DNA from: a virus
Lineage: Duplodnaviria > Caudoviricetes
Virus record (IMG/VR): IMGVR_UViG_3300022218_000002
Coordinates: 1-52,356 of that record
DNA: 52,356 nucleotides
Strand: one strand, 5' to 3'
Part shown: one piece after another, positions 9,735 through 19,247 of the stretch
How the letters are laid out: each line of letters opens with the position of its first letter
Position numbering within the stretch: the first letter of the stretch is position 1
Made by a program: the position numbers and the translations under genes
The notes under the pieces: model-generated
What the model saw: only the letters and a program-made list of their open reading frames with translations
The model's database searches: none
What the model was told of the DNA's origin: nothing

Positions 9735-11200
9735 TGGCTGGCGTTCCTAACAACATTGTGATCCCTTTTGTTGGGGTAAGTTTTGACAGCGCTCGTGCTG
9801 TTTCAGGACCTTCTACTATGCCTGTTAAGCTTGCTGTTATCGGTCAAAAGTTAGCTGCTGGAACCGGTACTGCAAACACACTTTATCTTGTTTCAAGTGC
9901 GGACGAGGTTGCCGTACTTGGTGGTTTCGGTTCAATGATTCACAGGCAAGCGATCAAATCTTTTAAGAACAATAAAGTCACTAGCACGTACATTATTATG
10001 CTGGACGACGCTGGTACGGCGACGCCTGCGACACAGGTTATAACTGTTTCTGGTACTGCGACAGCAGTTGGTGAGGTTGCTATTTATATTGCTGGTGAAA
10101 GGATTGCCGTAGGGGTCGAGGTTGGCGACGACTTAGATGCCTTTGGGGCTAACGCCGTAATAGCTATAAACGCTATTACCGATTTACAGGTTACGGCTGC
10201 TTATGCCGGTGGGGACATCACGCTTACGTGCCGTAATGGTGGTATTGCCGCTGGAGACTTGGACGTAAGGCTTAACGCTGGATCCGGTGAGGCTACACCA
10301 GCCGGTCTCGTTGTCGCTGTTGGTACTTACGCAGCTGGAACAGTGGATCCGGATGTTCAAGATGCTTTGGACGCTATCGGCGATACCTGGATTAATGTCG
10401 GCACACAACCTTACACGGATGACACTAGTATGACCGCTGTGGAGGAACACGCGACAGCAGAAGCCGACGTATTGGTACAACGCGATGGTGAATGGTACCA
10501 GGCGAAACGCGCGACGCGTGCGGAAATGATTACGTTCGGAGAAGACGGTAATCGCAACAACCAGTTCATGTCAACATTACCAGCTTACAAACGCATGGAG
10601 TCGACGTACGAGATCGCTGCTGCTGTAGCTGCTGTAACAGCTCTGTCTATTGAAGATGACCCGGCAGTACCTTTGCATAGAATTCCGTTAGTTGGTTTGA
10701 CCGCGCTTGCTTCCGGGGACGCTTGGACCTTTGTGGAAAGAAATCAATTGGCCCTTGCCGGTATTGCTACATTCACCGACGATCTTAGTGTTCAAACAGA
10801 AGCGACTGTGACAATGTACCTGAAGAATAGCGCGGGTGCTTCCGATATTGCTTATCAGCAACAGAACACGGTTTTTCAGCTAATGCGTTTGCGCTATCGC
10901 TTCGTTAACAGGATCGTGACACGTTATCCGAACGCTAAACTTTCTAGCGATGTGCGGGAAATTACAGATTCCACACAGCAGGTCATGACGCCACAGGTTG
11001 CGCAAGCCGAAGCTATTGCTTGGTTTAAAGCTGAACAGCGAGACAAGCAGGTCGAAAACCTTGAGCAGTTTAAGAGGGACCTTGTTGTTCAAAGAGATCC
11101 AACGAACCCTAATCGTATGAATTGGTTACTACCGCCAGACCTAATTAATCAGTTTATTGTTGGTTCTGGCGTTATGCAATTTAGATTGCAGGGAAGTTAA
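9734..11200 (+). CDS. Contractile tail sheath protein (Mu gpL-like)
   Basis: 488 aa with DPAVPL, ERNQLALAGIAT and RDPTNPNRMNWLLPPDLINQF motifs. Confidence 0.93.
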   Translation: MAGVPNNIVIPFVGVSFDSARAVSGPSTMPVKLAVIGQKLAAGTGTANTLYLVSSADEVAVLGGFGSMIHRQAIKSFKNNKVTSTYIIMLDDAGTATPATQVITVSGTATAVGEVAIYIAGERIAVGVEVGDDLDAFGANAVIAINAITDLQVTAAYAGGDITLTCRNGGIAAGDLDVRLNAGSGEATPAGLVVAVGTYAAGTVDPDVQDALDAIGDTWINVGTQPYTDDTSMTAVEEHATAEADVLVQRDGEWYQAKRATRAEMITFGEDGNRNNQFMSTLPAYKRMESTYEIAAAVAAVTALSIEDDPAVPLHRIPLVGLTALASGDAWTFVERNQLALAGIATFTDDLSVQTEATVTMYLKNSAGASDIAYQQQNTVFQLMRLRYRFVNRIVTRYPNAKLSSDVREITDSTQQVMTPQVAQAEAIAWFKAEQRDKQVENLEQFKRDLVVQRDPTNPNRMNWLLPPDLINQFIVGSGVMQFRLQGS

Positions 11201-11211
11201 GGAGGTAAACG

Positions 11212-11580
11212 ATGTCTTTACGATCTGGTTTACTTATTGTGCAAGCTAACGGAAACAAGTTCGACCTGGTTGGCTCGTTTACGCTTAATCTTGGTCAGAA
11301 CAAACGCGAAGGTTTGATAGGTCCCGACGGACCTCACGGTCACAAGGCTATGCCACAATTCGCATCCATCAAAGGCGAGGTTCGTGATAGCTCTTCTCTG
11401 GACGTTAAGAACGATGTTCTTAACATGGAAGACGCGACTATCACGGCAATTGTAGCCAACGATAAAACGTACATGTTCGAAGAAGCTTTCTACTCCGGTG
11501 ATGGTGATATCGATACGGAGGAAGGTAAGATACAGTTCGAAGCACAAGCAATAAGCGCAGATGAGCTAAAGCCCGTCTAG
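11212..11580 (+). CDS. Tail tube protein (Mu gpM-like)
   Basis: 122 aa with KREGLIGPDGPHGHKAMP; follows the sheath. Confidence 0.85.
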   Translation: MSLRSGLLIVQANGNKFDLVGSFTLNLGQNKREGLIGPDGPHGHKAMPQFASIKGEVRDSSSLDVKNDVLNMEDATITAIVANDKTYMFEEAFYSGDGDIDTEEGKIQFEAQAISADELKPV

Positions 11581-11601
11581 CATTAACAAACGGAGTATAA
11601 C

Positions 11602-11976
11602 ATGAAAGAAGAAAATTTCACATTGGATCCAGCTGAGATGGATGGACTTAAAAAGGAAGAACTAGAAGGGCCAGATGTAGGGGACGACAACAAAACGGTT
11701 GAACTCCCCTACACACTGGAACTAGCTTATCCAGTTGAACTAACAAAAAGAAAAACGGTTACCGAGCTTGTTTTCAGCAATCGTATCAAGGGTGCGTACC
11801 TCGAACACCTTCCTGTTGATGCGGAAATGGGGTCATTAAAGATGGGTCATTTTTTTCCAATTGTTGCCGGTATGACTGCCGAGAATGTCGGGACTATACG
11901 GAGGCTTGATAGGGTGGACCTTATGCAATGCATTAAAGTGATTACGCCTTTTTTGTCGGAGGATGGGGAGGAGTAA
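11602..11976 (+). CDS. Tail assembly chaperone (Mu gp41/P2 gpE-like)
   Basis: Lies between tube and tape measure genes; slippery T TTT TTG near its 3' end. Confidence 0.8.
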   Translation: MKEENFTLDPAEMDGLKKEELEGPDVGDDNKTVELPYTLELAYPVELTKRKTVTELVFSNRIKGAYLEHLPVDAEMGSLKMGHFFPIVAGMTAENVGTIRRLDRVDLMQCIKVITPFLSEDGEE

Positions 11977-12107
11977 ACCGTTACCATGCGTACCGTTTAA
12001 TCGCGGCTGCGTACGGTTGGCCACCTAGTGAATTTTTAGAGCTGTGCCTTGACGAATTGAAACTTTGGAAGAAATCAGCAGAGGATAAGTTAAAAGGAAG
12101 ATACTAG
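11949..12107 (+). CDS. -1 frameshift extension of the tail chaperone (gpE'-like)
   Basis: TTTTTTG at 11949-11955. The -1 frame reads FVGGWGG...AYGWPPSEFLELCLDELKLWKK...GRY and ends at TAG 12105-12107, immediately before the tape measure ATG. Confidence 0.8.
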   Translation, partial: FFVGGWGGVNRYHAYRLIAAAYGWPPSEFLELCLDELKLWKKSAEDKLKGRY

Positions 12108-14123
12108 ATGCCAACCTCCCCACCAGTAAAAGTCCCTATCGTAGGGAAAGACCTTTATTCCAAGCAGTTCAAAAAGCTTGTTAAAAGTGTCAAGAAAGCC
12201 GGAGACAGCCTTCAGTCTGTCGGTAGGGGCTTAACTACTGGACTAACCGCACCGCTTACAGCCGCTGGTCTTGCGGCTACAAAACTTGCTCGTGACCTTA
12301 ATAAAGGTTTAGCTAACGTTGGTACTTTAATACCAGAGCAAGGTAAAAGATTAGAGAAGTTTAAGAAAGAAGTTCAAGCGCTGTCTGTAGAGGTGGCGCA
12401 AGGAACCGACGTCATTACCGAAGGTCTTTACGAGACTATTTCTGCGTTCGGCGACGCCGAAGACCCTATGAAAAAGTTGACGGTTGCTTCAAAGGCTGGA
12501 GCTGCCGGTATGTCCACAACGACAGAAGCTATGAAACTGCTGTCGGCTGTAACAAAGGGTTACAACGACACCAGTGATAAGGCTTTTAGTAAGGCATCGG
12601 ATCTTGCTTTTATGACTGTTAAGCTTGGTCAGACGACATTTCCTGAACTGGCTGCGTCAATGGGTAAGAGTATCCCGATAGCTAATAGCCTGAACGTTGT
12701 ACAGGAAGAGCTGTTTGCTTCCTACGCAACACTAACTGGTGTTACTGGTAACGCTGCCGAAGTATCAACACAACTGACGTCGATAATGTCTGCTATGGTT
12801 AAACCTTCTGCGGAATTGACTAGGGTATCTAAAAAACTTGGTTACGCATCTGCCAGTACGATGGTTAAGCAGGTAGGACTAGTCAAGTCTCTTGAACTTA
12901 TGTCTGGAGCTGTTGACGGTAACACCGATAAAATGGCGAAGCTACTAGGACGTAAGGAAGCGCTTACAGCTGCTTTAGCTTTGACGGGTTCACAAGCAGA
13001 AATATTTACAAGCAAATTCAGACAAATGGAAGGTTCTTTAGGAGCGACGGACAAGGCATTCAAAGCGCAATCGCAAGGCATAAATAAGGTTGGTTTCGAA
13101 TTTGAACAAGCTAAACGCCGTATGGTTGTTTCTACGCAGCGAGTTGGCGATGTCTTGCTACCAATCTTTGCCAAGCTTATGGAAGCGACTGCGCCGTGGT
13201 TGGAACGTGTCACAGACCTTTCGGAAGCGCAGCTTGAAATGGGCGTTAAAATAGCCGGTATTGCTGCCGCTGTTGGCCCTGCTATTTTCATTGTTGGTAA
13301 GCTTGTTACGAGCCTAGCCGGTATTGCTGGCGCTATTGGTGGCGCTGGCGGAGCTGTTGCTTTACTGACCGGTCCCGTTGGCTGGGTCACTGCTGCTGTA
13401 ATTGGTCTAGTTGGCGCCGTTATTTACTTATGGGAAGAGTTACAGCCTGTTCGTCAAGTAATTGGTGAAGAGTTACGATCGGTGTTCGAGGACATAATAG
13501 GGGTTGGTAACGACGCTGGTTCGATGTTCTCTGCGCTAGGTGGATTCGCTAAAGAACTAACCACACTTTACGCGCCGTTTATAGCTATTCTTGCAAAACT
13601 ACATTTAAAGATACTCTTCCTACCGCTTAAATGGTTCATAACAAACTTTAAATTTGTTGCCAAAGTCGCTAGAGTCGTGTTCAAAATTTTAGGGTATGTC
13701 GGCGCAGTTATAAGCGGTGTCGCTTCAAAAATAAGAGAGTTTTTGCAACCTGCGCTGGACAAAGTTTCTTACTTTTTTGAGCTGCTCGCTGCGAAGATAC
13801 GCCGTATCCTGTGGCCATTGCGCAAGCTAGGTAAATATGTACAAGATTTGCTCGGCGATTTTGAGGATTTGTTTTCTGTAGGAGAGGACGAAGATGTAAC
13901 GAAAAATGTTGCGCTTAACAAGACATCTACGTTCGACACAGACGCTAACGTGGACATGTACTATGACGATTCTGTTCTTAAAGGAATGGAAGCGACAAGG
14001 CGCGACGAGTCTAAGGTTCTTGTGTCTTTTAAAGATATGCCCACAGGCGTACGAGTATCCAAGGAATACGGACCGGCAGAAATTGAAGCAGATACCGGAA
14101 GCATTATGGAAGGTGGCTTATAG
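12108..14123 (+). CDS. Tape measure protein (TP901-type core)
   Basis: 671 aa, Ala/Gly-rich and helical, with TVKLGQTTFPELA and hydrophobic C-terminal segments. Confidence 0.92.
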   Translation: MPTSPPVKVPIVGKDLYSKQFKKLVKSVKKAGDSLQSVGRGLTTGLTAPLTAAGLAATKLARDLNKGLANVGTLIPEQGKRLEKFKKEVQALSVEVAQGTDVITEGLYETISAFGDAEDPMKKLTVASKAGAAGMSTTTEAMKLLSAVTKGYNDTSDKAFSKASDLAFMTVKLGQTTFPELAASMGKSIPIANSLNVVQEELFASYATLTGVTGNAAEVSTQLTSIMSAMVKPSAELTRVSKKLGYASASTMVKQVGLVKSLELMSGAVDGNTDKMAKLLGRKEALTAALALTGSQAEIFTSKFRQMEGSLGATDKAFKAQSQGINKVGFEFEQAKRRMVVSTQRVGDVLLPIFAKLMEATAPWLERVTDLSEAQLEMGVKIAGIAAAVGPAIFIVGKLVTSLAGIAGAIGGAGGAVALLTGPVGWVTAAVIGLVGAVIYLWEELQPVRQVIGEELRSVFEDIIGVGNDAGSMFSALGGFAKELTTLYAPFIAILAKLHLKILFLPLKWFITNFKFVAKVARVVFKILGYVGAVISGVASKIREFLQPALDKVSYFFELLAAKIRRILWPLRKLGKYVQDLLGDFEDLFSVGEDEDVTKNVALNKTSTFDTDANVDMYYDDSVLKGMEATRRDESKVLVSFKDMPTGVRVSKEYGPAEIEADTGSIMEGGL

Positions 14124-15337
14124 TGGCTGATGCTTGGTTAAAAGGCTATTTACAGGCGAGCTTCAGAGGTGTTGACTTTTTCATAAAAAGTCACAAGTAC
14201 CAAGGTGGTCGGCGTCTTGCTAAACACGTTTTTCCAGAGCGCGAACAAATTACTTACGACGATTTGGGTAGGAAAGAGGATGCTTACACGCTGTCCGCTT
14301 ATATCGTAGCAGGCAACTACTTTAATCAGCGTAATTTACTTTTTGCTGCTTTAAAAACAAAAGGACCGGGTACACTTGTACACCCTTATTTGGGTGTTAT
14401 TTCTGTTCATTGCGATAGCTTTTCTGGAGGGGAGTCTACTAACGAAGGTCGCATGGTCCGCTTTGATCTTGTTTTCAAAGAAGTGTCCGTAGATAAATTC
14501 ACGTCTTCGCCAGACACAACGACTCTAGTTTATGAAGCTAAGGATAATTTGCTGGAAGCTGTTTCCGATTGGTTGGACGACGTTTATGACCTAGCTAGGA
14601 AACCTGTTAGAGCAATAGAGGATTTGAATGCGGCACTGAATTCTGGTCTGGATGTTATAGATAAAGTTAAGAAGATAGCTAATACACGAGCAGAGTTCAA
14701 ACGCGCTTTAGACAACACACGCGGTAAGCTGATCGAGTTGCAGTTGTCTGCTACCGCGATAGCGCAAGATTTCGGTCTTCTTATTAATTACGGAACGGAT
14801 CGTCCGGAAGGTGTCGCTTTTTCTGCTACCGAAGGAAATGCGAAAGAACAATACGACGAGCTTCGCGGCCTAACTACTTTTGCCGATGAGCCGGTAACGG
14901 ATACGCCTCCAGAAATAGGGCAAGATCCCGACTACCCGGCGTACCAAATACAACAAATGGTAGTCTATCAGGCTGTCTCTGGCATGGGAGGGCTGATGTC
15001 TCTAATACCGTTCGATTCTGCGGAAGACGCTGAACAAACAGAGGATGAATTGTTTGCTATACTGGATGGCTTGCTAATCGACGAAAGCATCGCGGATAAC
15101 GTCTACCTTGCCATCAGAAATTTGAAAGCGGCTATACATAACGATCTAGAACTGCGGATTGTTAACCTTCCGCGTTTGGTCGCTTTCGATGTACAGGAAA
15201 CTACTAATTCTCTTTTCTTGTCAAATGAAATATACGGCAACATAACATTCGAAGAAGACATAATAAAACGCAACGCCATCGAGCATCCAGGCTTTGTCCC
15301 AGCTAAAGTACCATTGAAGGTTAAGATTGATGCCTGA
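14123..15337 (+). CDS. Mu gpN-like DNA circularization/tail protein
   Basis: ASFRGVDF, GGRRLAKHVFP, DLGR, GPGTLVHPYLG and C-terminal RNAIEHPGFVP motifs. Confidence 0.9.
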   Translation: MADAWLKGYLQASFRGVDFFIKSHKYQGGRRLAKHVFPEREQITYDDLGRKEDAYTLSAYIVAGNYFNQRNLLFAALKTKGPGTLVHPYLGVISVHCDSFSGGESTNEGRMVRFDLVFKEVSVDKFTSSPDTTTLVYEAKDNLLEAVSDWLDDVYDLARKPVRAIEDLNAALNSGLDVIDKVKKIANTRAEFKRALDNTRGKLIELQLSATAIAQDFGLLINYGTDRPEGVAFSATEGNAKEQYDELRGLTTFADEPVTDTPPEIGQDPDYPAYQIQQMVVYQAVSGMGGLMSLIPFDSAEDAEQTEDELFAILDGLLIDESIADNVYLAIRNLKAAIHNDLELRIVNLPRLVAFDVQETTNSLFLSNEIYGNITFEEDIIKRNAIEHPGFVPAKVPLKVKIDA

Positions 15338-16403
15338 TAAAATACAGCTAGAAGTAAACGGTAGACTTTTTGACGGATGGAAGAGTCTAAATATCACGGA
15401 AGCTATGGAACAGCTTTCTGGTAAGTTCGATTTCAGCTTGTATGACAAAGAGGACACAGCTTCTAGATTTATTAGAGCTGGTTCTGCATGCAGGTTGTAC
15501 ATTGTCGACGGCTTGACCGGCGCTCGCATAAACGTTCTAAAGGGTTACGTAGATAAAACAAAGCAAAAGCTTAGTGGTAAATCGTCAGAGATGTCTATTT
15601 CAGGAAGAGACAGGACAGGCGACGTTGTTGACTGCTCCGCTGTTCATCGTTCTAATACTTGGCTTAACGCACGCTTTTCTACGATTTGCAAGGACCTTGT
15701 AGCGCCGTACGGTCTTCTTGTGGACAAAGTAGATTTGCTCGAAGACAACAGAATCGAGAGGTTCACATTACAAAATGGTGAGTCTTCTTTTTCTGCAATA
15801 GAACGTTTGTGTATGGACCAAGGTGTTCTACCAGATCACACCATAGACGGTGATCTTAAGCTTACGTATACAGCACCAGAAAGTAAACGTGCTGCTGAAG
15901 ATTTGGAAGCTGGCGTCAACATTCTTGAGGTTGAAAAAGAGGATAAGTGGAACCAACGTTATTCCAACTATGTTGTTAAAGGCCAGGGCACAAATAAAGG
16001 ACGTGCTTGGACCGGCAAGAATACGAGACTTTTCGCTTCTGCGGAAGACTTGTCTATAACACGTAACAGGCCGTTTCTTTTCATGTCTGAGAATAGAGCA
16101 ACCGCAGACAATCTAGTAAGGCGTGTCGCTTGGGAAGCGCAGGTAAGAGCTGGACGCGGTACTACGTATAAGGTAAAAGTCAAAGACTGGTTTCAAAAAG
16201 ATCGTAATGGAACTAACGTACGTCCTTGGTCTATAAATGAGCGTGTTTATTTAACTGTAACTAGGTGGGACGTTTTCAACCAACTTTTAATCACAGGTGT
16301 TAACCGAAAACTTGACGAGAGTAGTTCGCGTGTAACTGTTCTGACTTTGAAACACCCGGAAACGTACAAAGCAAATCCGTCGCAGAAAGTTAAACTGTCA
16401 TGA
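15330..16403 (+). CDS. Baseplate hub (Mu gpP/gp44-like)
   Basis: ISGRDRTGDVVDCSA motif and gene order. Confidence 0.88.
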   Translation: MPDKIQLEVNGRLFDGWKSLNITEAMEQLSGKFDFSLYDKEDTASRFIRAGSACRLYIVDGLTGARINVLKGYVDKTKQKLSGKSSEMSISGRDRTGDVVDCSAVHRSNTWLNARFSTICKDLVAPYGLLVDKVDLLEDNRIERFTLQNGESSFSAIERLCMDQGVLPDHTIDGDLKLTYTAPESKRAAEDLEAGVNILEVEKEDKWNQRYSNYVVKGQGTNKGRAWTGKNTRLFASAEDLSITRNRPFLFMSENRATADNLVRRVAWEAQVRAGRGTTYKVKVKDWFQKDRNGTNVRPWSINERVYLTVTRWDVFNQLLITGVNRKLDESSSRVTVLTLKHPETYKANPSQKVKLS

Positions 16404-16942
16404 TGTTTGAAAACTTCGCAAAACGTGTCCAGCTGCTTGTTGGTCGTGCTATACTAAAAGCAATAACAGCTGACGACGAGATACAGCTTGTCAAGCTAAC
16501 TGGTTTGGAAGGCGAAATACAGGACGGCGTTGAACGACCCCAACCCTATGGGCTTTCTAGCCGTGTACCAGAAGGCGCAGAACTGTTAGTGCTTTACATG
16601 CAAGGAAACAGAGACGACGGTGTCGTGGTTTTGGCTGATCACAGTGCGAGTAGGAAGCGCGATATTAACGATGGTGAGGTTGCACTATACTCGACATTCG
16701 ACGGCTTTGTTCACTTAAAGGATAACGGAAAGGTTGCTATATCTACGAGCGGACCAACTTCTGATAATGCTGTTAGATACTCTAAACTAGAAGATGTCAT
16801 TGTTGAGCTACAAACAGCTTGGAACTTTTTTGCTAATTCGTACGTTCCTGGTAGTGGTGGTGCTGGTACTGCAAATCCAGTAACAGAGTCGATAGAAGAT
16901 GCACGCGTGGATGAAATTGAAGTACCGGGGGCTGTAGAGTAA
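16400..16942 (+). CDS. Baseplate spike (Mu gp45/gpV-like)
   Basis: VERPQPYGLSSRVPEGAE and GEVALY motifs. Confidence 0.88.
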   Translation: MMFENFAKRVQLLVGRAILKAITADDEIQLVKLTGLEGEIQDGVERPQPYGLSSRVPEGAELLVLYMQGNRDDGVVVLADHSASRKRDINDGEVALYSTFDGFVHLKDNGKVAISTSGPTSDNAVRYSKLEDVIVELQTAWNFFANSYVPGSGGAGTANPVTESIEDARVDEIEVPGAVE

Positions 16943-17424
16943 TGCGTTTAAACGGCGACATAAAATTTTTTTATAGTGCGGACACACTCGGTATTCCGGA
17001 CGCAGCGGATATACGTATTGATGGTTTCGAGCTTCTTCGTGATCCTGGATTCGAAACAGAGGTTTTGTTAATGATAGGAACGGATGCGAGAGCAGGCGAC
17101 GACGATAAATTACCTCATTACACGAGCACAAAGCGTGGATGGTGGGGCGACGCTTTATTAGGTTCAAATCTAGGTTCTAAGTTATGGCTGCTAGAGCGGT
17201 CCAAGTTGGACGATTCTACTCTTACATTAGCGGAACAATACACAGTAGATGCACTGAATCCGCTAATCGAGGAAGAGCAGGCTAGTAGAATACAATCTGT
17301 TGCGACTAGAGCGGATGTGTCTAATCAAGCTAACTTTATTACTCGAATAACAAGGCTCGACGGTAAAGACGTTTTCTTTCCTTACTATGTTAATTGGCAA
17401 TACCAGATTTTTGGAGGAATTTAA
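16942..17424 (+). CDS. Baseplate protein (Mu gp46-like)
   Basis: RGWWGD...GSKLWLLERSK motif. Confidence 0.9.
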   Translation: MRLNGDIKFFYSADTLGIPDAADIRIDGFELLRDPGFETEVLLMIGTDARAGDDDKLPHYTSTKRGWWGDALLGSNLGSKLWLLERSKLDDSTLTLAEQYTVDALNPLIEEEQASRIQSVATRADVSNQANFITRITRLDGKDVFFPYYVNWQYQIFGGI

Positions 17425-18530
17425 TGGCCCTCAACAGACCAACAATAAATGAGATATATGCCAGAATAAAAGCAGACATGGAAGCACGCGTAAGCTCCAA
17501 CACAAGGATACCTCGTTATTCATTGCTCGGTATCATGGCTATAGTCTTTGCTGGAGCCGTTCATCTTCTATACGGTTATCTAGTTTGGTTGGCGGATCAA
17601 CTTTTTATAGACACGGCAACAACGTGGTTTTTGGATAGAATAGCTAACTTGTACGGTTTGCCTAGAAAAGCTTCTACGTACACAGTTGGCGAGGTCCGCT
17701 TTACCGGTGTCAACAGTACGCTTGTCGCAGAAGGTACCGTAGTAGTCAACTCAGACGGGATCGAATACACAACAGACGAGGATGTCACAGTCGCTAGCGG
17801 TGTTGCGGATGTATCCGTGACAGCAGCTATAGACTCTCCTGGTTCCGTTGGAAATACGCTAGATACAGAGCTTTCGTTGCAGAGTCCAGAGGACGAGCTG
17901 GATACCGCAGTTCGGGTTTTAAGTGGTTTCGATAATGGTGTTGATGAAGAAACAGACGACGCGTTACGCGACAGGCTTCGCCAGCGTTTGCAAAACCCCC
18001 CTAGTTCTGGTACGTGTGCGGACTTCGTGCGTTGGTGCTTGGAAGTCCAAGGGGTTGGTCGCGCTTGGTGTTTCGACGCAGAGTCGGACGACCCTTCTGA
18101 CCCAACAAAAATTCAAGTTGGTGCCGGTAAAGTTGTTGTTGTGATAGCCTCATCGGACCTATCGCCGGTTGGAGCGACTATAAAGCAGAATACAATAGAC
18201 TACTTAAATACTGTCAAACCCGGTGGTGCTGTTGTCGACGTATACGAAGCGGACCCGAAAGCTGTTGTGCTTTCTATCTCTATTAAGCCTAATACGTCGG
18301 ACGTTCAAACCGCTATAAGTAGTAACCTTACAGACTTGTTTGTGACGGATACTGCCCCGTCTGGAACTGTACTTTTGTCCGGAATGAACAGCGCTATAGC
18401 GGCTGGCGCTGTAACAGATTACAAAATAACAGCCATTACGTACGACGGTGGATCGATACCTGTGGATAATATAACTAGCCCCGGTTTGGAAGTTGCGCAG
18501 TTTACTAACGCTATTTACGGAGATATCTAA
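17424..18530 (+). CDS. Baseplate J-like wedge protein (Mu gp47)
   Basis: GVDEETDDALRDRL...PPSSG...DFVRWCLEVQGVGRAW motif; GGAGG before ATG 17424. Confidence 0.92.
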   Translation: MALNRPTINEIYARIKADMEARVSSNTRIPRYSLLGIMAIVFAGAVHLLYGYLVWLADQLFIDTATTWFLDRIANLYGLPRKASTYTVGEVRFTGVNSTLVAEGTVVVNSDGIEYTTDEDVTVASGVADVSVTAAIDSPGSVGNTLDTELSLQSPEDELDTAVRVLSGFDNGVDEETDDALRDRLRQRLQNPPSSGTCADFVRWCLEVQGVGRAWCFDAESDDPSDPTKIQVGAGKVVVVIASSDLSPVGATIKQNTIDYLNTVKPGGAVVDVYEADPKAVVLSISIKPNTSDVQTAISSNLTDLFVTDTAPSGTVLLSGMNSAIAAGAVTDYKITAITYDGGSIPVDNITSPGLEVAQFTNAIYGDI

Positions 18531-19243
18531 TGTCCCTGGACCTGGAACAATTTAAGATTTACGAGAAGTACAAGGAAGGCGACTATCTTGGTATGTTCAA
18601 GTCGCTTTTACCTCGTGGTTTTATTTGGGGTTTTAAACGTAGTCTAGATACCGAAATTCTACAGGATGTGGTAGACGCTAATGAGGGAACAATACAGGAT
18701 TCGGTTACATCTACGGAAGCAATACAAGACACGGTTGCCGACTTATCTAATATTTCTGATTCTTTATTTGGGCGTCTACTGTCTTGTTTTTCTAATGAGC
18801 TTGCTAGATTTAGCAAGCGTTTTTATACGCTCATTAGGGAAGCTGTTCCGGGGTTGTCAGTCGAACTGCTTGAACAGCACGAAGAACAGCTAGGGTTACC
18901 GGACGAGTGTGCGCCACCTGGCCAGACGTTAGAGGAACGCCAGACGGCTGCTCATACAAAATATTACCAAGAGTACGAAACAACAACGAATCAGCACTAT
19001 ATCGACTACGCCGATTCTTACGGTTTTACTGTAACAATAGATGAGGAAGCTTTACAGAGGCAACCCAGAATAATGGGTGTCGCTCGCATGGGTAGTACAC
19101 AACCCAGAATGGGCGGACGTTCGGCTTACTCGGTGCTAGTGATAACTGTGACCGACGGGGAAGGTTCACTCGATTATTTAAAATGCGTTTTTCAGCGTAT
19201 CAAACAAGCACACCTAGCCATTTATTGGATAGACGCGAGGTGA
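18530..19243 (+). CDS. Baseplate protein (Mu gp48/YmfQ-like)
   Basis: SLLPRG, ELLEQHEEQLGLPDEC and LKCVFQRIKQAH motifs. Confidence 0.85.
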   Translation: MSLDLEQFKIYEKYKEGDYLGMFKSLLPRGFIWGFKRSLDTEILQDVVDANEGTIQDSVTSTEAIQDTVADLSNISDSLFGRLLSCFSNELARFSKRFYTLIREAVPGLSVELLEQHEEQLGLPDECAPPGQTLEERQTAAHTKYYQEYETTTNQHYIDYADSYGFTVTIDEEALQRQPRIMGVARMGSTQPRMGGRSAYSVLVITVTDGEGSLDYLKCVFQRIKQAHLAIYWIDAR

Positions 19244-19247
19244 TTAG

